Notes: generated by a model from the sequence alone, not told the origin. A DNA stretch of 64,000 nucleotides from Candidatus Latescibacterota bacterium (GCA_965237525.1 CBDEFO010000006.1:384001-448000), one strand, 5' to 3'; counted from the stretch's first letter, positions 49,166 to 59,969 are shown. Made by a program: numbers and translations.

Positions 49166-51523
49166 TTAACTGTCAAGCGCTTCTGGCTCATCTAAACGCT
49201 TTACGTCGATGACGTCGTCGATCTTCGATAGCTTCTTGATCAACCCACTGAGGTGCTGGAGATTTCTGACATCTAACTCAAAATTGTTGTATGAAATGTC
49301 CTCTTTGGTACCTAATGATCCGCTTCTGATGTTCGTCCTAGTCTCGGCAAAGACCCTGGTTATGTCTCTTAAGAGGTTTTTCCTGTCTACTGCCTGAACA
49401 AGTATCGGCACGATGAACGACTGGCCCTTTTCGGTGTCCCATTCTGCAGGGACTATCCTTTCGCTGGCTGGATCGTCATCTGCAGCGTGGAGCATCGCAA
49501 GGCTGTTAGGACAATCGACCCTGTGGATCGAGACACCTCTGCCTCTGGTTATAAGCCCCACAATTCCGTCACCCGGGACGGGATTGCAGCATTTGGCAAA
49601 TTGAATCATCATATTGTCCAGACCCTCAATCCTGATGCCTTTGCCTTTGACCTTCTTGTCAAACAATTCTTCCGATACTTTTTTGGGACCCTGAAGTGTC
49701 TTGCCCGTCATGCCAGGGATGTCTGACCTTTTCATTCCTTTATGGGAGGGTTCGGACATAATCTTGCTGGTAATCCTGCCGGTGGTGATCTGACCGTTCC
49801 CCACATTGGCAAAGAGGTGGTCAATGTCCTCTTCGCCGCAGCTTTGGGCTATATCCAGGAGCTCGTCCTCTTTAACCTTGATTCTTAATCTCTTGAATTC
49901 TCTTTCGAGCATCTTCTTGCCGAGTTCCACGCTGTGTGTGTACCTCTTCTCCTTCAGCCAGCGTTTGATGCTGGACCGGGCTTTGGAGGTCTTTACTATT
50001 TCGAGCCAGTTTGTGTGGGGTTCCTGTTTGAGGGAGGTTATAATCTGGACTGTGTCGCCGCTTTTTAGCTCTGTTCCCAAAGATGACATCTTCCCGTTGA
50101 CTTTCGCTCCCAGGCTATGTATCCCAACATCTGTATGAACACTGAAGGCAAAGTCCAGCGGCGTGGCACCTCTTGGCAGTCGCTTTAGAGCCCCTTTGGG
50201 GGTGAAAACGAATATCTCGTCTTGGAATAAGTCTATCTTAAGTTCCTCCATAAAGTCCTTCGACTCTGTATCCTGCTGCCATTCGACTAACTGCCGAAGC
50301 CATACCATGTGTTTGTCCAGTTCGTCTTCTTTTGTCAGCCCTTCTTTATATCTCCAGTGAGAGGCTATGCCTTCTTCTGCGGTCTGATGCATCTTGTTGG
50401 TCCTGATCTGAATTTCTACCATCTCGCCACTTGGCCCTATCACCGTGGTGTGCAGAGATCGATACATGTTAGACTTGGGTGTAGCGATGAAATCTTTGAA
50501 CCTGGCAGTCACTGGAGTGTACATGCTGTGCACTAATCCCAGAACGTAGTAGCACTCTCTTACGGTTTGGACTATTACCCTTATGGCAAAAAGGTCGTAT
50601 ATTTCCTCAAAGGGCAACCCCCTCCTTTTCATCTTGCCGTAGATGCTGTAAAAGCTCTTGGGGCGTCCTGTGATCTCAGCCTCTATCCCGTTGGCCATAA
50701 GCTCCTTTTGCACCGGGACCTTGATCTCCTCTATGTATCTGTCCCCCTCCTCTTTTTTTAAGGCGATCTTTTCTCTTATGCTTTCGTATGCCTCAGAATC
50801 GAGGTATTTAAGGCTTAAATCTTCAAGTTCTGACTTGACCCTGGATATTCCCATACGGTGTGCCAATGGTGCATACACTTCTCTAGTCTCAAGGGCTATT
50901 CGTTTTTGCTGGTCGGGGTTCAGAGATTCTAATGTCCTCATATTGTTTAAACGGTCCGCAAATTTAATTAAGATCACTCTTATATCCTTGACCATCGAAA
51001 GGAGCATCTTTCGGAGGTTCTCGGCCTGTATAATCTCCTGTGTCTTTTCAGTGGGAGACTTTGACGACTGCGTCTGGGAAATCGAGTCTTCCTCTGAAAG
51101 GCTCTCTGATACTTTTGCAGAATCCCAGACGGAGTGGGCATCCCACTCGGTTATCTTCGTCACGCCGTCTACTAATGTGGCTATCTCCTCCCCGAACTCC
51201 GCGCCCACCTGCTGGTGGGTTATTCCCGTGTCTTCGACTATGTCGTGCAAAAGCCCCGCCGCTATGGTCGTCGAATCTAAATGCAGATTGGATAATATCC
51301 TGGCGACCTCGATGGAATGGATGATGTAGGGACGCCCTGATTCTCTAAACTGTCCTCTGTGAGCAAGGTCGGCAAAGTGGTAGGCCCTGGAGATCGACTC
51401 AAAATCCGCTCTCTCGTTGTAAAAGGATACCACTAAAAGGAGTTGTTGTAGTTCGGGATGCTCGTTTTCCTTTTCCAGTACTTCTTCTACTAGTTCTGTC
51501 TGTTCCAAAAATGTAGTATCCAT
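49166..51523 (-). CDS. relA: Bifunctional (p)ppGpp synthetase/hydrolase
   Basis: LLHDIVED, KFADRLNN, GRPKSFYSI, YRSLHT, EIQIRT, TGS, CC and ACT domains. Confidence 0.96.
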   Translation of the reverse strand: MDTTFLEQTELVEEVLEKENEHPELQQLLLVVSFYNERADFESISRAYHFADLAHRGQFRESGRPYIIHSIEVARILSNLHLDSTTIAAGLLHDIVEDTGITHQQVGAEFGEEIATLVDGVTKITEWDAHSVWDSAKVSESLSEEDSISQTQSSKSPTEKTQEIIQAENLRKMLLSMVKDIRVILIKFADRLNNMRTLESLNPDQQKRIALETREVYAPLAHRMGISRVKSELEDLSLKYLDSEAYESIREKIALKKEEGDRYIEEIKVPVQKELMANGIEAEITGRPKSFYSIYGKMKRRGLPFEEIYDLFAIRVIVQTVRECYYVLGLVHSMYTPVTARFKDFIATPKSNMYRSLHTTVIGPSGEMVEIQIRTNKMHQTAEEGIASHWRYKEGLTKEDELDKHMVWLRQLVEWQQDTESKDFMEELKIDLFQDEIFVFTPKGALKRLPRGATPLDFAFSVHTDVGIHSLGAKVNGKMSSLGTELKSGDTVQIITSLKQEPHTNWLEIVKTSKARSSIKRWLKEKRYTHSVELGKKMLEREFKRLRIKVKEDELLDIAQSCGEEDIDHLFANVGNGQITTGRITSKIMSEPSHKGMKRSDIPGMTGKTLQGPKKVSEELFDKKVKGKGIRIEGLDNMMIQFAKCCNPVPGDGIVGLITRGRGVSIHRVDCPNSLAMLHAADDDPASERIVPAEWDTEKGQSFIVPILVQAVDRKNLLRDITRVFAETRTNIRSGSLGTKEDISYNNFELDVRNLQHLSGLIKKLSKIDDVIDVKRLDEPEALDS

Positions 51524-51793
51524 TTTTCTAGTAACCGTTAAAAGTAGATAGGACGTCCTACTTTACCTGTCTACTTTGTAGTAACGCCTGAACATATCGT
51601 TCTGTTCCTTTTTAGAACCTGTGCAAATCCCAAAATTGATCTTGACATCTGCTGCATATCCCCTTAATTTCAGTAGACAGTAATCAAAGTAGGATAGCCT
51701 TTTTGTTATCCCCATTTCATAAAGAAATATAGTAATTTAGCTTAAAATCCGCAAGATGAGATTTTGACTTTTAAGGAAACCCCAGTGGCTATA

Positions 51794-53095
51794 GGTTATT
51801 TATCAAATGAAATCGGTGCACTTCTCTTTCGATCTTTGATTGATCTTGAATGATAGGTTTTCGACAATCTTTGGTTTCTGTTCTTTTTCAAAATGGATGT
51901 ATAATTGTTCTTCTTTTAGGTTCCATTCAGCCAGGACAAAGTAGTTGGTGTAAGAGGAGGGAAGAGATACTTTCTCATTTAGGACATCGATAAAGGCTTT
52001 ATCTGTCTGTTCTGTGTCCTGTTTGACTTGTCTGATAAAATAGGTCTTGGGAATGAAATCTTTCTCGTTTGACTTCTCTTGCTTAGGTGGACGGTAGCCG
52101 GTGTATCTCTGTGATGAAAGATTAAACCATTCTAACTTCTGATCAACTTCTTGTAAGCTTTTGAACTGAATTCTGTTCCAGAACTTCCTTGAAAATACAG
52201 AATTGTTGCCTTCTATAGATGCTTGAGAAAAGGGCCTTCTGGGAACGGCAAATATCGGAATCACTTGATTTTTCAAGAGAAACTGCATTGCTTTGCTGAC
52301 ATTCCTTTTACCTGAAACACTGCCAATAGTCGCCGAGCAATTGTCCACCTTAACGAAATCTGGTTTTTCAAACCTGTCAAAGAAAGACTGACACTTCTCG
52401 ATAAAGTTAGTTGCTGTTTGACCGTCAACCCGCCGAAAATACCTTAACTTAGGCTCTTTCTTAAAGGAAAATCCAACGAAGTTGACCGGCTCAGTTCTGC
52501 CGGTAAGATACTTTTTACCAATAAAGTCTGATTCTAGGACTCTGCCTCCTGAAAGATAGTAAATGGTATACTCTGGATAACAAAGATAACGAGATGCACC
52601 CTTGTTTTTACCTTTCTTCCTTCTCTGGGAAAGTCCTAAATCTGAAAGCATTCTGCCGATAGTCGGCAACGACGGAGGAGGGGTGCTAGAATATCGATTC
52701 CTCCATTCTTGTTCAATAACAGTGGCTCCTGAATAGAACTGATAAGGATCGTCCTCTAAGCTATGGTAAATCTCTTTGATTCTCTGTTCGTCAACTTTAG
52801 CCAATTTTTGCCTTTTTCCTTTTGGCCAACCCCGATTATCCATGGCAAAATCCTGATCCGGAGATTTAGTCCAAGCCGTAACGAAATCATTGGAAACTCT
52901 CGCTTGTTTGATAACTTCTCGCTTTGACATTTCTTTCTTAAAATACATCTCGTTGACTTCTTGTCTTAATACGGCCAATCTCTCTTTGTCCATAGGACTC
53001 CGTAGATTAAAGTTAAGACAATCAACTCAACTTAATCTACTAATACTCTAAACAAAGATCAAATTAGGTGCACCGATTTCATTTGATATTCAACC
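51794..53095 (-). mobile_element. 1302-bp IS, copy 2
   Basis: Same TIRs; flanks GCTATA / TCTATA. Confidence 0.95.
51803..52993 (-). CDS. Putative DDE transposase
   Basis: Two amino-acid differences from copy 1 (SL/SPDQ, KRR/KRQ). Confidence 0.85.
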   Translation of the reverse strand: MDKERLAVLRQEVNEMYFKKEMSKREVIKQARVSNDFVTAWTKSPDQDFAMDNRGWPKGKRQKLAKVDEQRIKEIYHSLEDDPYQFYSGATVIEQEWRNRYSSTPPPSLPTIGRMLSDLGLSQRRKKGKNKGASRYLCYPEYTIYYLSGGRVLESDFIGKKYLTGRTEPVNFVGFSFKKEPKLRYFRRVDGQTATNFIEKCQSFFDRFEKPDFVKVDNCSATIGSVSGKRNVSKAMQFLLKNQVIPIFAVPRRPFSQASIEGNNSVFSRKFWNRIQFKSLQEVDQKLEWFNLSSQRYTGYRPPKQEKSNEKDFIPKTYFIRQVKQDTEQTDKAFIDVLNEKVSLPSSYTNYFVLAEWNLKEEQLYIHFEKEQKPKIVENLSFKINQRSKEKCTDFI

Positions 53096-53199
53096 TCTAT
53101 AAAGTGACTATCCAGTGACTATTTGGTTGTTTTTAACGGTATAGAAAGTCGTAAGCACTTGAGTTTCATACACGGTAACTTCGATAAGGAGGATGAATT

Positions 53200-54264
53200 A
53201 TGAAAACAATAAGGGGCAGGCTCATTGTATCGACTATTGTCACATTCGTGGGGTGTTTGTTCTTGTCTCACTATTCTGTGAGAGCACAGACCTCTGAAGA
53301 ACAAACGATAGACACGAATCTCTCGACTGTATTCCTCGGGGGAAAAGAGGATGACCCATACGAAGCGTTTCACCGACCTTCCGGTGTAGAGATCGATGGG
53401 GAGGGCAACTTTTATGTCCTTGATAGCGGGAACGGAAGAATCGTAAAATTCGATTCAGTAGGGACATTTTTGAGGGAAATTGGAAGGACAGGCGTAGGCC
53501 TGGGAGAATTTAGAAGGCCTGTGGATTTAACCTTTGATAAAGAGGGCAATATTTACGTACTTGATGTTGATATATCTTCTTTCAAAGTCAAAATAATGGA
53601 TAAAGACGGTAAACACTTAAATAGCTTTGATGTTAGTGCCACTTATCAAGATTGCGGATCACGAATTGCAGTTGATGATCAGGGCTTGATATATTTGAAC
53701 CTGCCGATGGAAGGAGCCTTGTTTTCAGTCTATACAAAAGAAGGCCAGAAGGTCACTTCCTTCGGAGAGATTACCTATTACGAGAATACAACTAAGAACA
53801 TTGTCTTCAACACTGTGATGTTCTTTGTTGACGAGAGGAATTTTTTAATTTCCCTGGATTATGCTAAACCAATTTTGAGACAATACGATAGAAATCACAG
53901 GTTGGTTTTTCAGAAGGAGATTAAGAGCCCTGAAATTGAAGTGATTAATGAGAGCGCTGCAAAATTATGGGAAAGAATAAAAGAAACAGAAATCAATAGG
54001 AAGAAAGGGGTGAGTTATATTTCTTATTTCATCGATGTTATTTTGATAGATGATGGAGATATTCTTGCCCTGTTAAGCACATGGTCAACTTTCAACCGTC
54101 TTGATCTTGAAGGAAACGTAAGGACAAGAATTAATCTGAAAAAACCTTATGAACCTAAGAAAGCTTCTATAAGAAGAATATCTATGGACGCGAAGGGAAG
54201 CCTTTATGCACTAAACTCTGACAACGCCATAGTTTTCAAATATGAACAATTTCTGAAGGATTAG
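53200..54264 (+). CDS. Exported NHL-repeat / 6-bladed beta-propeller protein
   Basis: Signal peptide; FHRPSGV..GNFYVLDSGN, GEFRRPVD..GNIYV. Confidence 0.85.
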   Translation: MKTIRGRLIVSTIVTFVGCLFLSHYSVRAQTSEEQTIDTNLSTVFLGGKEDDPYEAFHRPSGVEIDGEGNFYVLDSGNGRIVKFDSVGTFLREIGRTGVGLGEFRRPVDLTFDKEGNIYVLDVDISSFKVKIMDKDGKHLNSFDVSATYQDCGSRIAVDDQGLIYLNLPMEGALFSVYTKEGQKVTSFGEITYYENTTKNIVFNTVMFFVDERNFLISLDYAKPILRQYDRNHRLVFQKEIKSPEIEVINESAAKLWERIKETEINRKKGVSYISYFIDVILIDDGDILALLSTWSTFNRLDLEGNVRTRINLKKPYEPKKASIRRISMDAKGSLYALNSDNAIVFKYEQFLKD

Positions 54265-54354
54265 GTTGAGAAACCTCATCCTTATCAGTACGCATTAAGA
54301 ATATCCGACATTGTGCTGATAGAATTAGCTCTACGTAATGAAAGGAGAACTCCT

Positions 54355-55146
54355 ATGGATCTGGGTTTAAAGGATAAAGTGGCTGTAGTAGGTGGTTCGA
54401 GCCTGGGATTGGGGAGGGCCTGCGCTATGGGCCTTGCCGAAGAAGGGGCTTGCGTCGTAGTCAGTTCTCGAAACGAGGAGCGACTGCACCAAACCGCCGA
54501 GGAGATAAGGTCGAAGACGGGCGCCAAAGTGTTGGCAGTCCCCACTGATATGTCCAAAGCTGAGGATATTGAGAATCTTATTGACAGGACTGTGGATGAG
54601 TTCGGACGAATAGATTGCCTGGTCAATAACGCCGGTGGGCCTCCTGCTGGTCTCTTTATGGAACAGGGCGAAGATCAGTGGGAGTTAGGCTGGAAGCTCA
54701 CGTTTATGAGCATGGTGAGGAGCTCAACCAAGGTTGTGCCTATTATGCAAAGGCAGGGAGGAGGTTCTATTGTGAATATAACTTCTCTTTCGGTCAAACA
54801 GCCTGTGGATAGCCTTATCTTGTCCAACTCCTACAGGTCGGGTGTGGTAGGTGTGGCCAAGACGATGGCAAATGAACTGGGACAATACAATATCCGCATC
54901 AATAACGTGTGCCCCGGATATATCAGGACCCAGAGGCTGGAAAGCCTGCTTTCTGGTAGGGGAGAAAAAACTGGACAGTCTTTGGAGGAAGTCATAGATG
55001 ATATTTCCGGTGATGTTCCCCTTGGCCGCCCGGGGAAGCCTGATGAATTGGCCGATATGGTGGTCTTTCTATCTTCGGACAGGGCAAGGTACGTGACGGG
55101 CGTCACTGTGCAGGTGGACGGAGGCGTAGTTAAGGGCATAATGTAG
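54355..55146 (+). CDS. SDR family oxidoreductase
   Basis: GSSLGLG, NNAGGPP, VDGG; AAAGGAG RBS. Confidence 0.92.
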   Translation: MDLGLKDKVAVVGGSSLGLGRACAMGLAEEGACVVVSSRNEERLHQTAEEIRSKTGAKVLAVPTDMSKAEDIENLIDRTVDEFGRIDCLVNNAGGPPAGLFMEQGEDQWELGWKLTFMSMVRSSTKVVPIMQRQGGGSIVNITSLSVKQPVDSLILSNSYRSGVVGVAKTMANELGQYNIRINNVCPGYIRTQRLESLLSGRGEKTGQSLEEVIDDISGDVPLGRPGKPDELADMVVFLSSDRARYVTGVTVQVDGGVVKGIM

Positions 55147-55497
55147 GTAGTCAGTAGGAAAGACAGTTCTGCCCACCCCTTTAGATTGCTTCGGCGTAAA
55201 TCTCCTCGCAATGACGCAGACTGAGTGATGTCACTGTGAGCCAAGCGTTGCAATCTCTTAGTCAGTAGGTCGGGCCGTGGCTGCCCATCCCTGCCCGGGA
55301 TGTCTGCGGAAGATGATAGAGGATCTTGATAACGCTTGTAAATCTCATCTGAATCAGGCGCGGGTTCTTCTTTCTAAAGGCCTATAGAAATACGATTCCC
55401 ACAACAAAATAGAAGGACGGGACATAAGAGTTTGAAGTATCATGAAATCGTCGTCAACTCGAGTAAGTGTCTAATATAAGTAAGGAGAAGAAGAGCT

Positions 55498-55836
55498 ATG
55501 ACAGTTCAACAACTGATAGTCAGATTTCCGGAAATCCCGCAGGACCTTCACGAAGAACCGCTGCTTGCCCAATTTGCGGAGACCTTTGGAGACCTGCTCC
55601 AGGTCGCCCAGGATCCGAGTGCCTGTTCGGCCGCGCACGATGCGGGCAATCACTTCTATCTCAAACTGATCAGCCCCATGAAAATCTATATGTACGGACT
55701 CTCCACCAAGGAGAAGGTAATAGGGCAACTGCAAGCGCTGCTCGATCAGCACCGGTCCGACCCCGAAGGATTCGCCCCAAGCCTCCTCCCTGCCGATACG
55801 GCAGAAAAGGAGGTCAAGGGTCCGGGATGTGCATGA
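55498..55836 (+). CDS. Hypothetical protein
   Basis: AAGGAG RBS; 112-aa ORF. Confidence 0.7.
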   Translation: MTVQQLIVRFPEIPQDLHEEPLLAQFAETFGDLLQVAQDPSACSAAHDAGNHFYLKLISPMKIYMYGLSTKEKVIGQLQALLDQHRSDPEGFAPSLLPADTAEKEVKGPGCA

Positions 55837-55971
55837 CCCGTCTTTCCAGATATGACGGTAGGTAAGGAACCTCACGAAGCTTCTCGGGGACGCGTATATC
55901 GGCATAAGGGATTGACGTGAGTTGACCTTACCAGTAGAGCACAGACCAAATTAGATTAAGGAGGGAAAACT

Positions 55972-56733
55972 ATGGCGAGTATTACGATTAACTTCATAGG
56001 ACACGCTTCGTTTGTGTTCGAGACGGACGAGGGACAAACGATCTACATCGATCCATGGTTGGATGATAATCCTGCGTCGAACTTGAAGGTCGTGGATGTG
56101 ACTGAGGCTGATGTCGTGTGCGTGACACACGGCCATGTAGACCACCTAGGGGACTCCATCCAGGTAGTAAAACAGACTGGGGCTGTGCTTATCGGCAGCC
56201 CTGAGATCGGGTCTTATGCAGCGCAACAGGGTATTACATACGACGGGGCGCCCGAAGAAAATGAATGGTATTCGTGCCCCCTAAATACCGGAGGATCCTG
56301 TACGATCGGTCCCACGACATTTACCATGGTGCAGGCTCTTCACTCCACTGCCTTGCATACGGCTGAGTGGTTCAACTCCATGAAGTATGAACCTGATGGG
56401 AGCGTCGCCGGGTATGTGATCAGGACGGACAGCGGTATAAGTTTGTACGATACGGCGGATACGGGTCTTTTCGGTGATATGGCGCTGATCAGTCAAATGT
56501 ACAGCCCCCAGATCGCTATACTCCCGGTCGGCGGCAAATATACAATGGGGATAAGGGAAGCCGCAAGGGCAGCATCTTTGATCAGACCAGAAATCGTGAT
56601 CCCCTGCCACTACGACACTTTCCCGAATCAAAGGGCCGATATAGATCAACTGAGAGAGGAAGTCCAGTTCCTGTCTCCTGGGACACAGGTGATTAAGCTA
56701 ACGCCGGGTGAATCGTATGAATACAGTAGGTAA
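55972..56733 (+). CDS. Metallo-beta-lactamase-fold hydrolase (UPF0173-like)
   Basis: GHASF, IDPW, THGHVDH, IPCHY. Confidence 0.9.
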   Translation: MASITINFIGHASFVFETDEGQTIYIDPWLDDNPASNLKVVDVTEADVVCVTHGHVDHLGDSIQVVKQTGAVLIGSPEIGSYAAQQGITYDGAPEENEWYSCPLNTGGSCTIGPTTFTMVQALHSTALHTAEWFNSMKYEPDGSVAGYVIRTDSGISLYDTADTGLFGDMALISQMYSPQIAILPVGGKYTMGIREAARAASLIRPEIVIPCHYDTFPNQRADIDQLREEVQFLSPGTQVIKLTPGESYEYSR

Positions 56734-56764
56734 TAGTCAGTATATATGATTAGCATCAAACAGT

Positions 56765-57315
56765 AGCTCCCGATAGAATCCCTGATTGAGGCTACCGCCC
56801 CTACATTCTGTGTACTTCCCAATAATCTCCCCAATAATCTGAAAGTCTACTGGGCGAACACGTGGGCCTGTCCCCGAATGCCTCAATCGGGGATCGCCAC
56901 TACGTTCGTCTGTTGTTGTAGGGGCAGACCCGTGTGTCTGCCCAAGGGGCGAGTGAACCTCACCCCTACATTCTGTGTACTGTAACCGAGACCTGTCCTC
57001 GAATGACTTTATCAGGGATTGCTTCGGGGTGAACCCCCTCGCAATGACACCTCTGCCATTAGTCATTGCGAGCCCCCCGATGGGTTCAATCGGCGACGCC
57101 CCTACATTCTGTCTACTGCCAAATAATCTCCCCAATAATCTCAATGTCTAATGGGCGAACACGTGGGTTCGCCCCTACATTCACCCCCCTGTATCCCCCT
57201 TAATAAGGGGGGTAGCAGACCCGTGTGTCTACCCAAGGGGCGAGTGATCCCCGATAGGATCGTTCGGGGACAGGCCCCCGATTCAACCTTTCGGGGGCAG
57301 GCCTCGCCCCTACGC
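56765..57315. repeat. Cluster of GTAG-type REP elements with nested repeats
   Basis: Repeated GTAGGGGCAGACCCGTGTGTCTGCCC, GGGCGAACACGTGGG, CCCCTAC; ~70-bp direct repeat at 56798 and 57099. Confidence 0.85.
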
Positions 57316-57369
57316 ATGCGCGGGTTAGTCAGAATCGTTACGTCATTAGCAAAACTTAGAGCGTATTGA

Positions 57370-57530
57370 CTTTCGTGATCGGCCTTCGGGTCGTCCACAG
57401 ACGAGAGATTCATGGGCATCAGCCTGATCCGCTGCCAGAGGGCAGAGTCGTAGGCGTTGGCCTTGGGCTTGTGCTTGGTCTGCAGAAATAGTGTAAATGT
57501 CGGTCGAAACTCCTGTGAAGCGTTAAGCGA
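57370..57530 (-). pseudogene. Fragment of P4/D5-like primase-helicase
   Basis: EFRPTFTLFLQTKHKP...DSALWQRIRLMP. Confidence 0.65.
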
Positions 57531-57658
57531 AAGAATTCTTTCCCAAATAGGAAAATAGCGGAAGATAGCGAACCCTGCGGTTTGACTAACCACAGGGTTT
57601 GTTTTATATTTATGTCTGTACGGTAAATAGTGAACTTTTGTTTAGCAAGGAAGGTGCT

Positions 57659-58066
57659 ATGTCTGATTTTAAACCGAATCAAAAACAAAAGGCCTACTTT
57701 GAGGCGCTGATGGATGCAGATGTCCAAGGAGATAGGTCAAAGGCGCTTAAGAAGGCAAAGGTCAGCATAACGCTTTATAACAAATGGCAAAGGGACAGCA
57801 GCTTGGTGGATTTCGAGCAGGACCTTACGGAGCAGTACCTGAGGTCTTTGGAGTTCAAGTTCGTTATGAGATTACAAGAGCAGATGGATGAGGGGAATAT
57901 GACTGCTTTGAGTCTTTATCATAAGATACTAAGTGAGATTAAGGATAAAAAGGTAGAGGAAGTAAGCAGCGGAGAGGATAAGCAGAGATTGATCAGAAGT
58001 GAACTTGAGGACCTGATCGAAGGAAAGATCGATGAACTCAAAGAAGCGCTACAATCAGAAAGTTGA
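57659..58066 (+). CDS. Putative terminase small subunit (N-terminal HTH)
   Basis: AAGGAAGG RBS; overlaps terL start. Confidence 0.65.
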   Translation: MSDFKPNQKQKAYFEALMDADVQGDRSKALKKAKVSITLYNKWQRDSSLVDFEQDLTEQYLRSLEFKFVMRLQEQMDEGNMTALSLYHKILSEIKDKKVEEVSSGEDKQRLIRSELEDLIEGKIDELKEALQSES

Positions 58067-59594
58067 GGCTGTCATTGATGAACTCGAACGGCAGGCTGAA
58101 TGGCTTCCGTCCGTCCTTGCAAAGTATGAGCCTCATCAAAAGCAGAGGCTATTTCACAGATCGACTAAGCGTAATCGTTGGTTTATCGCAGGAAATAGAG
58201 CTGGGAAGACAGAGGCTGGCGCTGTAGAGGCGGTTATGTTCGCTCTGGGAAGACATCGCTTTACTCCCCAGCGGAATATCCCAGTCCCAAATTTCGGGTG
58301 GGTGGTGTCGTCAGACTTTTCTTCGTCAAGGGATGTCGCAGAAGGTAAGATCAGAAAATATCTTCCCGAATCTGAGATAGATGTCTGGAACAGAACCGAC
58401 CGGATCGTTAAGCTCAGAAATGGGTCAGAGATAGGCTTTAAGTCGTGCGACTCCGGAAGAGACAAATTCCAGGGCGTAACAAGACACTGGATATGGTTCG
58501 ATGAGGAGCCGCCGGAGGATGTCTATCGCGAGTGTTTTATGAGAACAGTTGACGTAAAGGGCGAAATCTGGGGGACTATGACACCCCTTAAAGGGTTCAC
58601 ATGGTTCTATAGGCACATATACAAAAATAGCTCTGACCCTGATATAGCGATATTTTCTGCGGCGCTCCACGATAATCCTTACATCCCCAAAGAGGAAATA
58701 GAACGGGTGGAACGGAACTATTCAGAAGAGGAGAAGGACATAAGGGTCAGGGGGCGCTTTGTCTCCATAAGTGGAAGATGTGTGTTCGATACCGTCCTCC
58801 TGAGGGTGTCGTTAGACGGTTGTAGGGATTGTTTGACGAGAGGCTTTCTACATATGGACACGATTTCTTCCGAAGGGTTCAGACCTCCCGATCTACCTGC
58901 GCGTTCGGACACGCGTTCTAGGCCCGTCCTGGAACATTCCAAAGATGGGCCATTAACGATATGGGAGCCTCCGCAGAATGGCGCTCTTTACGTGATCGGC
59001 GCCGATGTATCAGAGGGACTTGAAAAGGGTGATTACTCGTCCGCTCAAGTGGTCAGAAGAGATACGGGGGAGCAGGTGGCTGAATGGCACGGCCATACCG
59101 ATCCTGATCTGTTCGGGATCGAACTTTTTAAGTTAGGGAGGTTCTACAACGATGCCTTTGTAGGTGTGGAGGCAAATGGCCACGGTTTGACTACTTTGGT
59201 TACGCTTAAGCGCTACCTTGGCTATCCCAATGTCTACTACCGCCAGACAGTGGACAGGGAAACTAAAGGCTCACCGTCAAGGTATTCCCGAAAATTAGGA
59301 TGGCTGACTAACGCCAGAACTAAGCCCTTAATGATCGACGAACTTGCGGGAGCATTAAGAGATGAGGGGGTTACCCTGAGCAGCAGCGAGACTGTGGAGG
59401 AGATGTTTACTTTTGTGAGAGATGAGACTGGCGGTATGGGTGCGCAGGAAGGATGCTACGATGATAGAGTGATCGCTCTGGCTATTGCCCTGCAGATGCT
59501 CAAGACCGCACCTGTGATGCCATCACCGCGGGTCGGCAGTACAACTGCTGGAAGACGACAAGCGTTGACCCGAAATAGGATCACAGGATACTAA
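58032..59594 (+). CDS. Phage terminase large subunit
   Basis: PHQKQ, Walker A AGNRAGKT, Walker B WFDEE, TMTP, nuclease IGADVSEG and DDRVIALAIA. Confidence 0.92.
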   Translation: MNSKKRYNQKVEAVIDELERQAEWLPSVLAKYEPHQKQRLFHRSTKRNRWFIAGNRAGKTEAGAVEAVMFALGRHRFTPQRNIPVPNFGWVVSSDFSSSRDVAEGKIRKYLPESEIDVWNRTDRIVKLRNGSEIGFKSCDSGRDKFQGVTRHWIWFDEEPPEDVYRECFMRTVDVKGEIWGTMTPLKGFTWFYRHIYKNSSDPDIAIFSAALHDNPYIPKEEIERVERNYSEEEKDIRVRGRFVSISGRCVFDTVLLRVSLDGCRDCLTRGFLHMDTISSEGFRPPDLPARSDTRSRPVLEHSKDGPLTIWEPPQNGALYVIGADVSEGLEKGDYSSAQVVRRDTGEQVAEWHGHTDPDLFGIELFKLGRFYNDAFVGVEANGHGLTTLVTLKRYLGYPNVYYRQTVDRETKGSPSRYSRKLGWLTNARTKPLMIDELAGALRDEGVTLSSSETVEEMFTFVRDETGGMGAQEGCYDDRVIALAIALQMLKTAPVMPSPRVGSTTAGRRQALTRNRITGY

Positions 59595-59969
59595 ACAAGT
59601 AGAGAGTAGACAGCAAACAGTAGACAGGTGATACAACCCCCCATCCCTTGCGATTGCTTCGCTATCCCCGATTGAATCTATCGGGGGCTGACTTGGCGAA
59701 CCAACCCACTATGAGTCGTTTTGAAAACTCCATCGATTCCAAAGACCTCTGCAAAAAAATATTCTAAACCCACAAACCCCAATTGACAGAGTATCTGTCG
59801 CTCCATCAGGGGGGTGAGTATGCTGGGATTGTAGCCAGGAATTCTATGTACGTGCTGATAACGTCTGTTGCCCGTATTACCTGAAAGGGTGATCGTTATT
59901 TTATGAATGCGCCGGTTATGCGGCGATATCATTTCATTTCAACTGTATTATTCGTTCGGTTTAAAAAAA

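Noticed and set aside
47783..53095. Composite transposon that delivered relA
   Set aside because: Each IS has its own flanking duplication (AGTACA; GCTATA/TCTATA) and the outer flanks do not match each other
56765..57315. CRISPR array, or the ORFs 56737-57144 and 57151-57369
   Set aside because: Irregular spacing, REP-type palindromes and no cas genes; the ORFs are repeat translations
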